DNA of 64,000 nucleotides from assembly GCA_030141605.1 (NCBI GenBank), contig JAQGDQ010000096.1, forward strand, positions 248,001 to 312,000, read 5' to 3'. The translations under genes and the position numbers were made by a program. The first letter of the stretch is position 1. Every line of letters starts with the position of its first letter. Below are positions 13,763 through 27,900 of the stretch, piece after piece. The stretch is from Tubiluchus corallicola (taxonomy: Eukaryota > Animalia > Priapulida). The notes below the pieces were generated by a model. The model saw only the letters and a program-made list of their open reading frames with translations, had not been told where the DNA came from and made no database searches.

Positions 13763-15642
13763 CTTATAAACAAAAGAAATGGAATAAATCATAATATAGG
13801 TTTACCTGATAAAGCCAAACAAGATGAAAAATCTGTATAAAAAGAGCAGGAAAGTCTTGAACAACGTTCCATACTAAAACTAGAAATACCATTCCTGCTT
13901 TGATGATTCTTTTTCAGTAGCAAACATCGGAAAAGAAACAACTTTTGAAGATACTTTGAATATTGAAATCATTCTGAGCTTTATTTATGTCAAAATTAAA
14001 TTATTATCACACTTAGTTTGAAATGAAAACAACATAAACACAACTATGCAAATCGAAACATTCAAGTAAGATATTTTGCAGTATCAAATTATCAAATGTA
14101 TACATGCTGCACTCCTAACCAGCATGGGTTACGGTGCAGCGAAGGGTTACTTAAAAAATGCCAAATCTTCCCTCTGTCATGAATGCTTATTAAATTAGAT
14201 CACTGTAACCACTGTAACATAATGGGCATAGTGGGAGGACATGAGAATGAGAATTTTGGGGAAGTTGGGCAAGTGGGTCGTACCTGAAATTTCCAATGTA
14301 TACTCTATACCACTCGGCACAGGTGTCATAAGCAATCTTACAATGTGTGGTATTCAAATGAGAGAAGGCTGAAAATTAACACAAATCTGTATGGTTATAT
14401 GTTCTGAATTAATCACTACAAACACAAAATACTAGTAAACTTGTTAACAATTCGAACTTTGCCTTTAAAATTAAACTGTAAATTTGTGAAATTGTTATAG
14501 TGATGTTCAAATTGTTCCTAGGACATCAGTTATCAATGAAATATAGCAGTTATAATAGTTATTTTATAAATTCTACTTAAAATGAGCTCATGGAATGGTA
14601 AAGGGACAATAACTCAATACAGACCTGTAATTCTTAGATGTGCGCAATTTGTTTTCTAAATTGAAAATATTTCTAGCATTTATTCAACATTTGAAAAGCC
14701 AGAGAATATTTTTGGAAACTACTCTAACAAAATATGTACATCAGTCGATTACTAGTCTTATGCTGTATGAGAAAAACTAACATAAGAAGTAATATGCTGT
14801 TCATTTAACAACAATTTGGCAAGTCCATTTGAATTCTAAGTAAGAAGCTTTGTATAAAATTGTAACAAACTGCACCTAACATACATTTTTAACACACATC
14901 AATACATAATAAGAGAAGATATGCTGACATTAATCAGTTATGCACAATAATATCACTGCTTGCAATTAATCAATTCTAGGAAATGGCAAAGTAAAGTTGA
15001 AAGGTTGTGTTTTCGAATTCAATAACAAAAGTTCCCAACCAATACCACTAGGATAAAAAACACAAAACATTGATTCCAATGTTTACTGATTAGGCTGCTA
15101 TAATGTGAACATAGGTTAAGAAAAATAATAATGAAATATTGAATTTTATTTAAAGAACTACTTTAGTATGCTTATTTTTGGCAGTGTAACTACATTATAT
15201 TTATGTTAGAACTCCTGAATCTAACGAAATAGCATATGTTTTAATCTTCAGCTTCCAAAAATGCTTTTTGATACATTTTTAGAAAGTTTGTCTGATTTTA
15301 ACTTAGTACGAAATTTTGGACAAAAAAATTTAAATCCTATCCTCACAGTTGACCAATAAAAAATTGTTCACACCAAACAGTCTGAACAAAAACTAAGGCT
15401 GTAATAGAAATTTCTTAGTGCAAACTACAATAAAATGAAAATGGAGAAAAGTGAGATTAAAACATGTAGTGCTGTAATAGAATGAAAAATAACTGTTGAC
15501 GATCGTACTCTTTTACTACATCTAAAACTGACTATTCACAATGACTTGTTCATTATGAGCTAAACATTAACAAAGCCAAGAAAGACCGACTTTAACCACA
15601 GAACATAAAGTCAAAGTCGCTCCATCGTGCTGAATAGATCAC

Positions 15643-15736
15643 CTGAAAATGATGATGTCCAGAACTGTAGTCAGTGCTGTGGCACAGATTCCTAGCCGTG
15701 TCGTGTCGACTACTTCATAGCACTGCATAACTCACA
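15643..15736 (-). other. Candidate non-coding 3' exon of LUC7L3
   Basis: Acceptor TTTTTCAG|TG at 15737/15736, possible donor CAG|GTGATC at 15643/15642, GC-richer than flanks. An unused strong donor G|GTAAGT lies at 18904/18903 just after the LUC7L3 stop. Confidence 0.45.
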
Positions 15737-18700
15737 CTGAAAAAGTCATATATACAAGAAGTGTGAGAAAACCACTCTCGAAATTTTATAATTTATGAAA
15801 ATAATGAAGGTTATTTGCGGCATTGTAGATTTATGCGTATTGTGAAGTTTAGAGTGTGTGAAAAAGTAATTCCTACTGTTAGTAACTTCATTCCTGTTAT
15901 TACTATTACTATAATCAAATCAGGTTATTGAGGCAAAGCAGTTTATGAATTTTAACACCGTTGTATCGAATTGTGATTTTAGGTTATATTTGCTACTTCT
16001 GTTTTTGTTTTCCTTTGATAAAGTAAATAAATGTCATTTCCTGAATATATTAAATGCTAAGCAATAGATATCTTTTTCATGTCGCTGTCTTTGTACCAGA
16101 ATAAAAGTGTTCTGAAAAGAAAAATGTGTGGCGGAACATGATGTTTTCATTACGATATTATTCAAGAGCTTTTTTAAGACATGATGGTCTATACTAAAAA
16201 TTATTCAGTTTGGCACAAAGCAAGGCAGTATTTAGCATTTACTGTGAGGTATAGTAATTCTGCAGTTGACGCAAGACCAGAAATTAGTACCATGCCACTA
16301 TTAAGAATAATTTGATTGAAAACTCTTTAATGCTATATAAAGGGTAAAAAACTTCCAAGTGACTAGATACAAACAGTTTCCAACTGTTAACATGAAGGCA
16401 GTCATAGCCATTTCATCGCATTCATCTAAAAATGTTATTGAAAATTAATGTTATTGTCTAAAATGTTTATTTCTGGGTATGCTCACCATATTCGATAGGC
16501 TTGCACTAAAACACCATTATAGCGAACATGGTTTCTTGGGTACAAATCGGTAATGAGAACTCACAAAAAAGCAAATTTTCATCATTCAATTAACTAATGT
16601 ACTAGCTTTGAATACAGCGTACTCGGTTATTGAGTATTGCAAACATTTTTTGCCCTCACTGCCTGTATTATTTGTCAGTACATTTATAAATTTTTACTAC
16701 ATACTTTACCTTTGCCAGCCATTTGGAAACTAATTTCCAGTTAAATTTAATTAGTCAATCTTGGCGCGTTATCTTGAAAGATGTCATTTTGTCTGCTAAC
16801 TTTGCAAAAACAATGACTCACTCAGCAGCTTGGACTTCATTGATGTGAATGCACTGCAAAGTACTTGATACCTAATACCATCTTCCAAAAGTACTTATAC
16901 TGTATACACTGTGACACTGGATATTACAATAATGGATTTTAATAAGATTAATCTTGCCGTAAATTATTTTCTTTAAAATTCAGTCTATTTTAATTAATAT
17001 TAGCTAAAGTCGTTTTAATGTAATGTAATTTAATTGTAATTTTAAACCTCAGTGTATCTTAATTAAAGTAATGCAATTTAACCTTCTGGTTACAAGAGTT
17101 TACATCCTCTGTGAAGCCAAACATTGTACATTATTTATACACATGCTTGTCTATCTAGTCATACACATGTTATTAGCTGCATATGTTTATAGAGCACCTC
17201 GGTTATAGAGTACATTTTTCTGGGTCCCTAACAGGTTCGCTATAATGATGTTACATGATAATTTAATTTGAGATGAATATGTCTTATAGAAAAACATACA
17301 ATATTAGAATGAATATCATATTATTAAATAAAATTTTTATACTGTTAATCTTCGTGGCATTTAGAAATTATGTGATAACACACATACAACACTGCAGTAC
17401 CCCTTGAACTTCTGGCAAAAGGCAGAACAGTATGTACTTTCTCGAGAAGGAAAACTTCATTACTGTACACAAAAAAAAATCATTGGACTAAGTTCAATTT
17501 AACCACTATCAGCCAGTTGTCAGGTACTTTTAATGATATTCTCTGAGAGGCAAGAACCGGTATTCTGAAAAGTAGCGTCATACCTAAACAGAGTTACCCA
17601 TCACTCAAACACCTCGGCACAATTAGTAAACTTTAGCAGTGGGCCACTGGCAAGTTGAAATACAAAAAATACCTTTTTAAGACACCAGGAAATCGTAGCG
17701 GTTCCCTTGTAAAAAATTATACAGAATGTTTAGTGATTTCAATAGAATGGCTGAACATTAATCTGAAAAGTGTCATTATATTTAGAAAATTAAAGTTATT
17801 AAATAACAGTATCATAAAAAATAAGTGTTTTATCTCCAACAAGCCGCTAAATTAACATATGTGGCAGCATAATGCAAAGTGCCAAAGCATTTTATGTTGT
17901 TAAATGATTTTTTTTGTTTTGCTCATTCGTTGTTTGGGGTACCTCAATTACGAATCCTATAATTGTTGATATACAGCAAGTTGGCTCCTTGTAATAATGC
18001 TATCAGTGGCTCACATCCAAACTAAGCACCATTTCGACATGTTGCTTAACCTGTGCAACAATTCAGGCTGTAAAAATTGCATTAACAGACAAAAACTTTC
18101 TCCCAGCCACTGCAACAGTATGCTGTCATAAAATTCTTATCAAATTATTTTCACACTAAACACTCCCAAGATATCAGTTGTGCATACCTCAGGGGATCCA
18201 CGCGTGTAACCACAACACAATACTGAACATGAAAGAGCAAGAAACGATTTCTTTCACATCACATAGCAAGCCCTACTAATGATACACTCGGTGACAAAAA
18301 AAATCACACACAAATATATCTCAGACTGCTGATTTGCACTAGCAGAGGATAATACTATTACATACCACATTGGAACTTCCCAAACTTGTGCAAGAAATCA
18401 TATACAGCAACTCCTCATTTAATAATTACTCCATTCTCTGTTCATTTTAAAAACGACAAATTTTTGTCACCTTTTTTCTTACTTTACACCTTAAGCGACT
18501 TTCTCAGCGACACAAAACCCACCTCACCGGTAGTCCCTTTTCTCAGTCATCAATGTACACATTTCAAAAACACCATACTTGTATTGGAACCTCTATTCTC
18601 AGTTACAACTCCCTATTAACCTCAACCATTGCATTTATCTATAGACATCTAAGCAAACATTCACTTTCCTCAAATCCCTCCTTCCCAATAACATAGAAAC

Positions 18701-18943
18701 AACATTTTTCCTCATTTTGCCCAACTCTTACTTATCCAAATATGAGCCCACCTGCTTTACAACTTCTCCCTCAATTAGCCATCTTGCTCAAACACTTCTT
18801 CATCTTTTATAAAAAACATTATTCAAGCTTTCTTTCATAAAACTAATTCATTTTAAATCATTACATTTACGTAGTTTTTGTATTTGCCTGTTTTAGGACT
18901 TACCGTGTAAATTAGTTATGTCACCTTCATTAGACGAATCTGT

Positions 18944-21900
18944 TCATTCATCTTCAGCAGTTTTAAAGTGTTCATTCTTAAAAGTAGTATCCATTGGTTC
19001 TTCCTGTTCGTTTACACCATCTGTTAAAACAAAAAGCATTTCTGAAAAAAATTAGATTCACTTTGTGGAAAACCTAAAAAAGTACACCCCTACACTTTAG
19101 AATGACTAGAACTAATTTCTAATAATTCTAAAAGGAATGAAACATGAACTTTAATCTGCAATGGAAATCAGTAAAACAAAAACTGTTAAACAAAAAGTTT
19201 GCAAAGCAAAAGTATTTTAAGTCATAGTGACAACAGATGAACATCTAAACATCTAAATGAGCCTTGTAAGTTCATTTGAAAACCTCATCTGAAAAAATCA
19301 TCAAATTTACATTGCAAATTTAGTTATACCAGCAAGAGTAATCAATTTTCTTTACACAACACAATGCTGGAACACAAACGACTATTATACAAATAAGATT
19401 TTGTGTGCTGTTGTTGTTTTTCACCATTATGAATAATAAAAGAAATCATTTCATTATAAGTTGCTCATGAGTTAAAATAACTTACCATTACTGAATTGTC
19501 CTTCTAAAGTTTTCTGGGAATCACCATCTGACCTAAAAAACATAAGTAAATAATATCATTAGTAATCACAAAAAATTAGTGTAGAAATAGCATGCTGAAA
19601 TAGTTTAATGAGTACAAGAGATGATTTAATATTAGTTAAACTCAGTACTTCAACTATTTGATAGCAGTTATTCTCAAATGATGTACAAATTTAAATCTAA
19701 AATGAACAGTTGAACACATATTACATAAAACGATACTTACAACAGATATACAAATTTGTGATAAGACAAACCAGTTACAGCAAATAGAACACAGTATCCC
19801 ATCCAACGACGATGACAAATTTTTGGAGAACCTCGTGACATTTTGAGAATTTTCCTAAATTAGTGTCGAATGTGAACAGTTTCTTAACAGCCAATTTATT
19901 GGGGTTATTATCATGATCAATGATGTGGACACAAGATTTGGCTAATAAATAATTAGTCCGCATAAAACGGTCCACCAAACCTGAATTTTATTGTCAGTGA
20001 CATACTGCAATCATATTTATTATATCTAACGCATATATAACACCTTCTACTGTTGGCAACTACTTTTTCCTGTACTTGTTCAATATGATGTACGAGTTTT
20101 GCAATTATAATTTGTTATTCGCTTGTATTTGAATAATTGTTTTACTGTGTAATTGTATAATTGTTGTATTCTTGTAATCTTGTTATTGTCACTCATCATT
20201 TAAATTTGCATTGTATTATATTACGTTGTTTTCTATGTGCACATTGTATCATTTACTAATATGTACTGTACCATTCAAGTACGTAATAAATAATAAATAA
20301 ATAGTCAAACCACTTTATACCATCCACTTTGGGACTGCAAAAAAGTTTACATGAAGAAGTTTGGCTATGAGGTGCATTAATATTCATACGTCTATGCAAC
20401 TATGAATATTCTTTTGCCAAAAAAAGGAGTTATAAAGGGTGGCATTATAACGAAGTTTGATTGTATGTTAAATGACTGGTGTTTTTAAAGATTCTTGAGT
20501 TTTGCCAATATAGAATTTTTTAAAATCTTTGCAGTTAATTAGTCATACTACAGAGGATCTGATGACGATATAATTAAGAGATATATCGAACTTATTTTAT
20601 TACTTTCAGTGAGTAGTGAGCCAGCCTAAACAGATCAGTTAACTCGAGTACGAAAATTATACTCAAGTACTGATGCTGTAAGAAAGATTAGGTTTATGTA
20701 GAAAAAAAGTGAAAAAGTGAATACGACACCTTTCATCGTCATTTTTTAAATCTGACTGGGACCGGGATATATTGCATTGCTCCTTATTTTCTGTGATTCC
20801 TTCTTTAGAACTGGCTTTAATTTCACTTTCAGAAATGTTTAAATCGTTGTCTCCGGATTTCCTAGCCTCGTCCTTTTCTTCACTTCTTGATCCTTTTTTG
20901 TCATTGCTATGAGATCTTCTTCTACGATCACGACTACGAGATCTACGATCAGAATGACGGCGTGATCGGTCACGACTACGTGAACGTGATCGCCTGCCAC
21001 GACTACGAGATCTTCTGCGACGATCATCATACCGCCGGCGTCTACAACACAGCAAATAAACCAGTTTTAATACAACATTGTAATACGCATAAGACAATGA
21101 ACTTTTAACACAATTATATATTTCTGTTACCTGTCTCTGCTGCGACTACGTGACCTTCTATGCCTTCTGTCACGATCACGTGACCTACTTCTTGAACGTC
21201 TACCGCTTCTACTACTACGTTCTTCCTCACGCTTTTTGCGCCGTTCTTCACGTTCCTTCTCCAGTTCTTTCTCTCTCTGTTCTCTTCTTTTTCTTCTTTC
21301 TTCTTCTGCTTGCACACGCTCAAGTTCCCGCTGTTTTCGACGAGCTTCTCGCTCTTCTTCGGGCTCATTCATTTTTTTCTGTAACAATATAAACTTAACA
21401 TAAGTAATGAACATTGTTTTGCAAAGCGAAACCATGTATTACGATAGTACATGGTAAAAAGCCGCTCTGCACATATAAAGTCACAACTCAATTCCTTACT
21501 AGGTCATAATTTACCTAAATATTGTGAAATTTTATTCAGACAGGCTGCAGAAAAAATTGATTTTAAGAAGTCTTTGTAAATCATTAATAAGACTAACCCA
21601 TCAACCTCACTTGTTTTTTTCCAGTTAACACTCAATGACAGTCCACTGAAAAACTATTGTTAAAATCCTCAATACATACAAGCATTTCCTCTACAGTAGC
21701 ACGAATACGAGCGTAGCCAACATGTTGCTTCCCCATCAAGTGGTCATCAATGCGAGACTGTGCATCACCAACGATAAGAAATGCTCCACACACTCTGCAC
21801 ACCTCCATCTGCTTTTCCTGTGACGTGGCTATTTCTGCAGTCTAGGTAATAAAACATAATCAGTTACATTGCTGTCTGATGTTTTTTCCATTTTGGGAAA

Positions 21901-24900
21901 TTCTATAAAAATCTAATTTTCAGATCATTTTCAAGCTGCTGACTTGGTATTGTAACAACCACTTAGGCATTGCGTAAATATTTGCTCAAAACTTTGTACA
22001 GCGGTCAAGACACTTTATTTTATTTCCAAATGTGCCATTTGTTCAAACATTTCGCATTAGGTATGTTACGTATATTAGAAAATAGTGAAATTTTTTCTTA
22101 CTATTATTATTTTTAAAATCATTTTATTTCGAACATACTTTACATAAGTATTTTATAAAAAAGTGTTATCAGTCGAGATTATTTATGCAATTAGTACTAA
22201 AACAACATAACAAGAGTAAAAAGATTAATGGGCCTAATCAATAAGCCAGTTACACCAATAGGAACCAAATATTTCTGATAAAATCTATAAGCAGTACAAC
22301 TTCAAATTAGCATGTAACATTGCAATCTAGAATTGATTGCAGCTGTGTTGTGTTCAAAAAATTAAAATCATTACTCTCTAAACATTTGATGCAGTCTCTA
22401 GCCATGTTGAACCATTACTGAGTGTTGGTTTCCTATCAAAGCTTTTTTCCTTACTGATCTCCTTGCAAAAATATTATATTTATTTTCTAACTGATAACCA
22501 CTATAGTTCAAAGGGGTTGTAAATTAAAACTGATTGCTGATATAACAGTGAACAGAGCTCAATATAGTGTGCCACAAAGTTAACAATATTATTACTACTT
22601 TATTTTGCAGTTAACATATTTAATACAGTACAGTATTTAATACAATGTTTGACAAACTGTTGGTGGATATACAATATTGGCGATATAAGGATATGTATAA
22701 GTATGTGTTCAATATGGGAGTACCATAACTTATGTGCGGCAATATTCCACCCGTCAGTGACAACAGACTATATAATAAATAAGTTAATATGTTTCACTAA
22801 TGTGCTGAATACTGTAAATGCTATAAAAGCACTTGCTTAAAACTGGAAATTGTCTTTTTACAGAGTGAAATGTGTTTTTATCACAGTACAACTGAAACTC
22901 CAACGAATCACTTCTTCTACAATGTTAACACATTTGACTGCTCCCTCTATTGGAAACATACTCAGAAAAAACTGATACAATGTAAAGTACTTACCATTCG
23001 TAAACCTTCTCGTTCATCTTTTAATTGATCACATAGTTTCATTACACCTTGTGCTTCTTCCACTTTACCTTCCATGCCTAAAACTTCAGCCTGAAAATTT
23101 CAAGATTTTGTGATGTTAATGCACTGGATTTGTTAAAATAAGAAAAAAACATATGAATATGACATTATGCACTTATTTAGTTGGATTTTTTTTACTTATA
23201 AACACATAATTGGTACTATAGGCACTGCTGATTATTACCACTAAAAATTACAAAAACTCGTACAAGGTCTGTTGCTTCATTTCTTCATGAAGATGTTAGT
23301 TTACGAAATACTCATAATAATAAAAACATTGAAAATCTGTTGCTGTATACTGCTCATATTCATGCAATTCACCTAGTCACCTAGTGCTTGAGCTGCAGTT
23401 GATCACCTTGCTTTCCCTATGAAAAGCAGTGAGAATTTCAAAAGCAAACTGAGGGTAAATGATTAAATGTTTAGCTTCCGGAAACAACGAGGTTAACAGC
23501 AGAGGACAAGTGGGTGACAGATTCAAGCAAAACCGCTATGCTACCAATTAGCGCATATGATAAACGTACTATACCAGCTTATAAATAAAAATTGTTTCTA
23601 CTTATATTACAGCAAACAAAATCAACGTAAAAATGACATAAAAGAAGTAAAGCTCTTTGGGCACACACAAGCATCTTATTTTAAGTATGTGAAGGAAAAA
23701 TATTGAGTTAATCATGCGGAGTTATTTGAGTCAATTAAGGAACTGATATTATTAACTGTGAGTCTAATAAATGGCACTTACTATACTTACTTAATAAGGG
23801 TAGCCTATATGTTGCAACATTACAGATTGTTTATGGGGCAGGGTTACATGCAATGACATTAGAGGCAGTTATGGTTATTTAGCAACTGACCTACAAAAAT
23901 AATCATAAAAACACTTGAAAATTTGTACTTTACTTAAATACTGACAGGTAAAAGACATACCTGACTTAGGAGCCCATTTATTTTTTCTGTTAGCATGCTG
24001 ATTTTATCATCATACTTGGGTGGCATGGATCCCAAAGCCTGTCAAAAAATGAAAGTAAGACAAATATAAGCAAATTCTCCCCTAAAAGTCAAAAACGAAC
24101 TTTATTCACTGACAAAACCAAGACCTTTCTCAAAGATAATGTCAGTGTTATTTTAATGCCAATTATCATAAGATAATAAAGCTACACAAACCCACATGCA
24201 GGATGGCCGAATGCATCTGTACAGCACAGCAATGAACGCAAAATTTTCCCCTTTGACGCAAACGACTTTCAAGCAAATGAGCAACCAACTAGTCCAGCTT
24301 ATGCCTATGATAGACTAAAGCGACAAGCGACCGTGCTCAGTGATCCATCTAATAACCGTCAGCAGGAAATAGAATGTGTATATTTTCAATGTATGATGTA
24401 TGATGTATGATACATGAAGACGCCAATTGCTAGAAAATAGAAATTGTTTCTATTTTTGAGCGACTGACAACCAGCATCTATTCAACATTCATCCAATGAT
24501 AATCCAAACCATGGTAACATGATAACAGCTTGTAATTCAGTCATATCGCCTACTTTGAGACTGCAATAGTGAGGTTGTCATTATAATGAGGGGCATTAAT
24601 ACCTACAGTCTATGCAAATATAGATGACTTGCTAAAAGTTTGGGCATTAAGTGAGGTTGGCATTATAACGAGGTTTGACTGTATTTGTAAGCCATATAGT
24701 TGTATAATTGCATAACCACAATATTTGACAGGGAATACCATAGAATTAGAATAAAATTGTCGCGCTGAAAAGGCTAAATGCCTCAAATGCAATAGGCGTC
24801 AAAAAGTAATTGTAATCTAAGTAAAATTCTTAAAACAAAACACAATCAAAAAACTATAAACAAGAACACAATTTAGAATGTGCATATAACAGTGAACAGT

Positions 24901-27900
24901 CAAATTACTTACATTTGCTTTCTCTGCATTAATGCTCAGTCTGGTTTCTCCTCGTCGAATTCTACGCTCAACATCATTAAGAATGCCTTGTAAAACTCGC
25001 AAAAATTCTTCCTCATAACCAACTTTTTGATATCTACTGCTCTTCTGGTATCTATAACAACAGCGCACTAGTTAAAAGTGTCATGAAATACACACTAAAC
25101 AACTAGCTGATTGACATCAAATCATTGTAAAAATTTTATAACAAAGAAAAATCATTAGAGCGAGACAGGAAGCGTAAAGGTAATGAAACACTTGCTTAGG
25201 CAGAAATTGATGGTTAATGCAAATAAAAAACTGCAGTAAGTCATCAACTGAAACACTAGTGCCTTGCATAATGCTAAGTCATAAATGTTACTTTACAGAT
25301 CTAACACTAATGTAACAACCCTTTGTAATTGTTCTAAGCAGTTTTTTCTGATTATTGTTAAACCAGTTACAGCTTGCTACCAAGCTAAACAGCCATCAAC
25401 AATTGACCCGAAAAACCACACTTTCAGTTTTTTATTAAAATGTTTTTCAATTACATAGGGCTAGGGCTACAACCCATGCTAAGACATTTGATTACAGCAG
25501 TTAGATAACTGTGGGAACTATGAGACTAGTGTTCTAAATGTCATAACGATATACAAAAAAATTATCCTAGATATAACAGTGTGTAAGGAGCATTAAACAC
25601 AAAAGAAAATATTGTTTACATAACTGTAACTTAGAATTATATACTCACTCTGAGCGCAACATTTCATCATGAATTTTCTCACATGGTCCTGCAAGTAAAA
25701 TATGTTAAAAATAACCAAAGGGTAAAAGCAAGTAGACCTAGCAGTATGATAAATAAGTACAAGTTTATAATTCTAGCAAAGTCCTATTAAACAATGAGTT
25801 AAACACTTGATTACTGAAGTGCTTCCTTATTTGGCTATGATATATAAATGCTTAAAAAGAAACTACACGATAGCTCGTTAGTCCATGCGGGAATTGGCTC
25901 TTACACTACCTCTTAGGTTATTCGTTCAGAAACACGAGTAGCAAATATATGGTTGGTAAATCTAGGCCATTCTAAAACGAAACCCACTTGGACTCAATTG
26001 CCTCTGTGATATATAGTTATTAACCAAATTAAAAAAAAATTAAAGCTGCAATCTTTTTTATAACAACTACAGAATACAATGAAACTTGGAATCCTCTATA
26101 AAATATTTTTAATGGGGCTGCAAAGAGACAGATAACATTAAAAGTAAATAATGCATTTATAAATTATATGGTACATACACAATCAGTGTACCCTGATCAT
26201 CGTATAAATACAGAATGTTTACTGATATGGAATGTTGAGTAGCATTATGAAAACTAAAACTGTTAAAAAGTATCTCTTGCTAGGTTGTCCGAGAAACTGC
26301 AGACCTATCAGTGCATTCCTTCAGGTGGCAGGACTCGTGTATTCTATGTTAATATAAAATTACTGCTGTTGTCCAGGTGAATCTGACTATTAAAGGCATG
26401 ATATCGCACTGATATCTCTGTTTGCCGGACCTTGCTTTTACGAATATAGGTAGAATCGGACAAAATCTGAGCTTCGAAAAATTCCCGCATACTCCGTTGT
26501 CCGTTGTTTCGCGAGCCGACCCTTGGTTGGCGGGCCGCCACTTTGTTTACATCATTATATCAGTGTAATCATATATATTTCTATGAACATGAGTCAATTA
26601 TGCGATTGATTCTACATTACCGTGAATCTAATACATGGTGCCTACTGTATTAGCTTAGTATTGGCAAACACAGACAATCGGCAAATACGGATCAACGTCT
26701 CCCTATTTTAGCCGGCAAACCGAGAGTGTACTAATTTAAAAAAACTTTGTGCACTTGAAAATTTATGCCGCTCCTAGATTTCCAGGATCAAGTTCTCAAA
26801 TAAAGCTAGCACTGAGACTAGCAATCTCATTTACCATGATATTTAATTTTACACAACATCTGACCCAAATCAAGTGCTACATTTTAATGAATAGAAAACC
26901 AATATACAAAATGTTTAAATTTAAATATTTTAAATCTTTTAAGTGTACACACACTGTAAACACAGTTTAAGAAACTTACCTAAATCAGCCCTTGTATTGA
27001 TAAACAACTCATTTGGACAAAATCCACACAGAAACTTTTGGCAAACCTGCTAAAGGAAAACAAACGTTAGACACCAGTGATATACAGATTTCCCACTTTC
27101 CCTCTTGCAAAAACCACAATGCATACATTACAACTTACAAGGAAGCCTACAGTTTAACTGGATTACTTATTCTAATCAACTTGCCACAGTAGGATCTCGG
27201 TTATTTGGACACTCCAGTTCTGAGAGGTTCAAAAGCCAGGATAATCAAACTTACTCAGTTTTGCTTAAAGTGCAGCCACATCTTTGATATATCTTATGCA
27301 GAACCAAAAGTATTTGTGCACCTTGCACTTCTTAGACTAGACCTTGTCCTCTACTTATTATTTTCCCAGTAATTATAGCAATAATAGGTCTAAATTTATT
27401 TACTAATTTTATAAGAATGTTCCATATATCATTATAGCAAAACATTGTGCTTATTTTACTTATTTATCAAATTTATTTAATCTTTGAATGCCTTGTTTTC
27501 GAGCCACATTTCACAACTGCCAACAAACATGCTGGCGATGTGGCGCATGCTGTCCATGCTAGTGTAAGTTACGATTACAGGAGGTTTCATTCTCTTGTAG
27601 TTTCCACAGTAAATTTCAGTAACTTTGCAATATTCTCTATATAACTGTACAGATTATCCAGCTTACGTAGGTTTTCTGTGTGACGTTACAGATAATCGGC
27701 ATCCTGATAATAGAGGTTTACTGTATCCTCAAAAAACATCATTTAAAAAATTGTTTGCAAATATGCAAAATATGTAAAAATTCCGAACAAGCAATAATTC
27801 GCAAAAATGAGAATTTGGGTTCCCATGTCTTACGTATTGAACGAGGAAAATACAGTTAAAACTAAGAAAAATTCCTTCCAATAATTCAATTATTGACTGT

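Noticed and set aside
15672-15725. SECIS element
   Set aside because: Helix II is only 6 bp, there is no apical AA, and LUC7L3 is not a known selenoprotein; kept only as a generic structure.
20839-21392. Overlapping alternative-frame and antisense ORFs over the RS exons
   Set aside because: By-products of low-complexity Arg/Ser codons of LUC7L3.
23380-23552. Degenerate tRNA-derived SINE on the minus strand
   Set aside because: Only faint motif resemblance; no recognisable B-box, tail or TSD.
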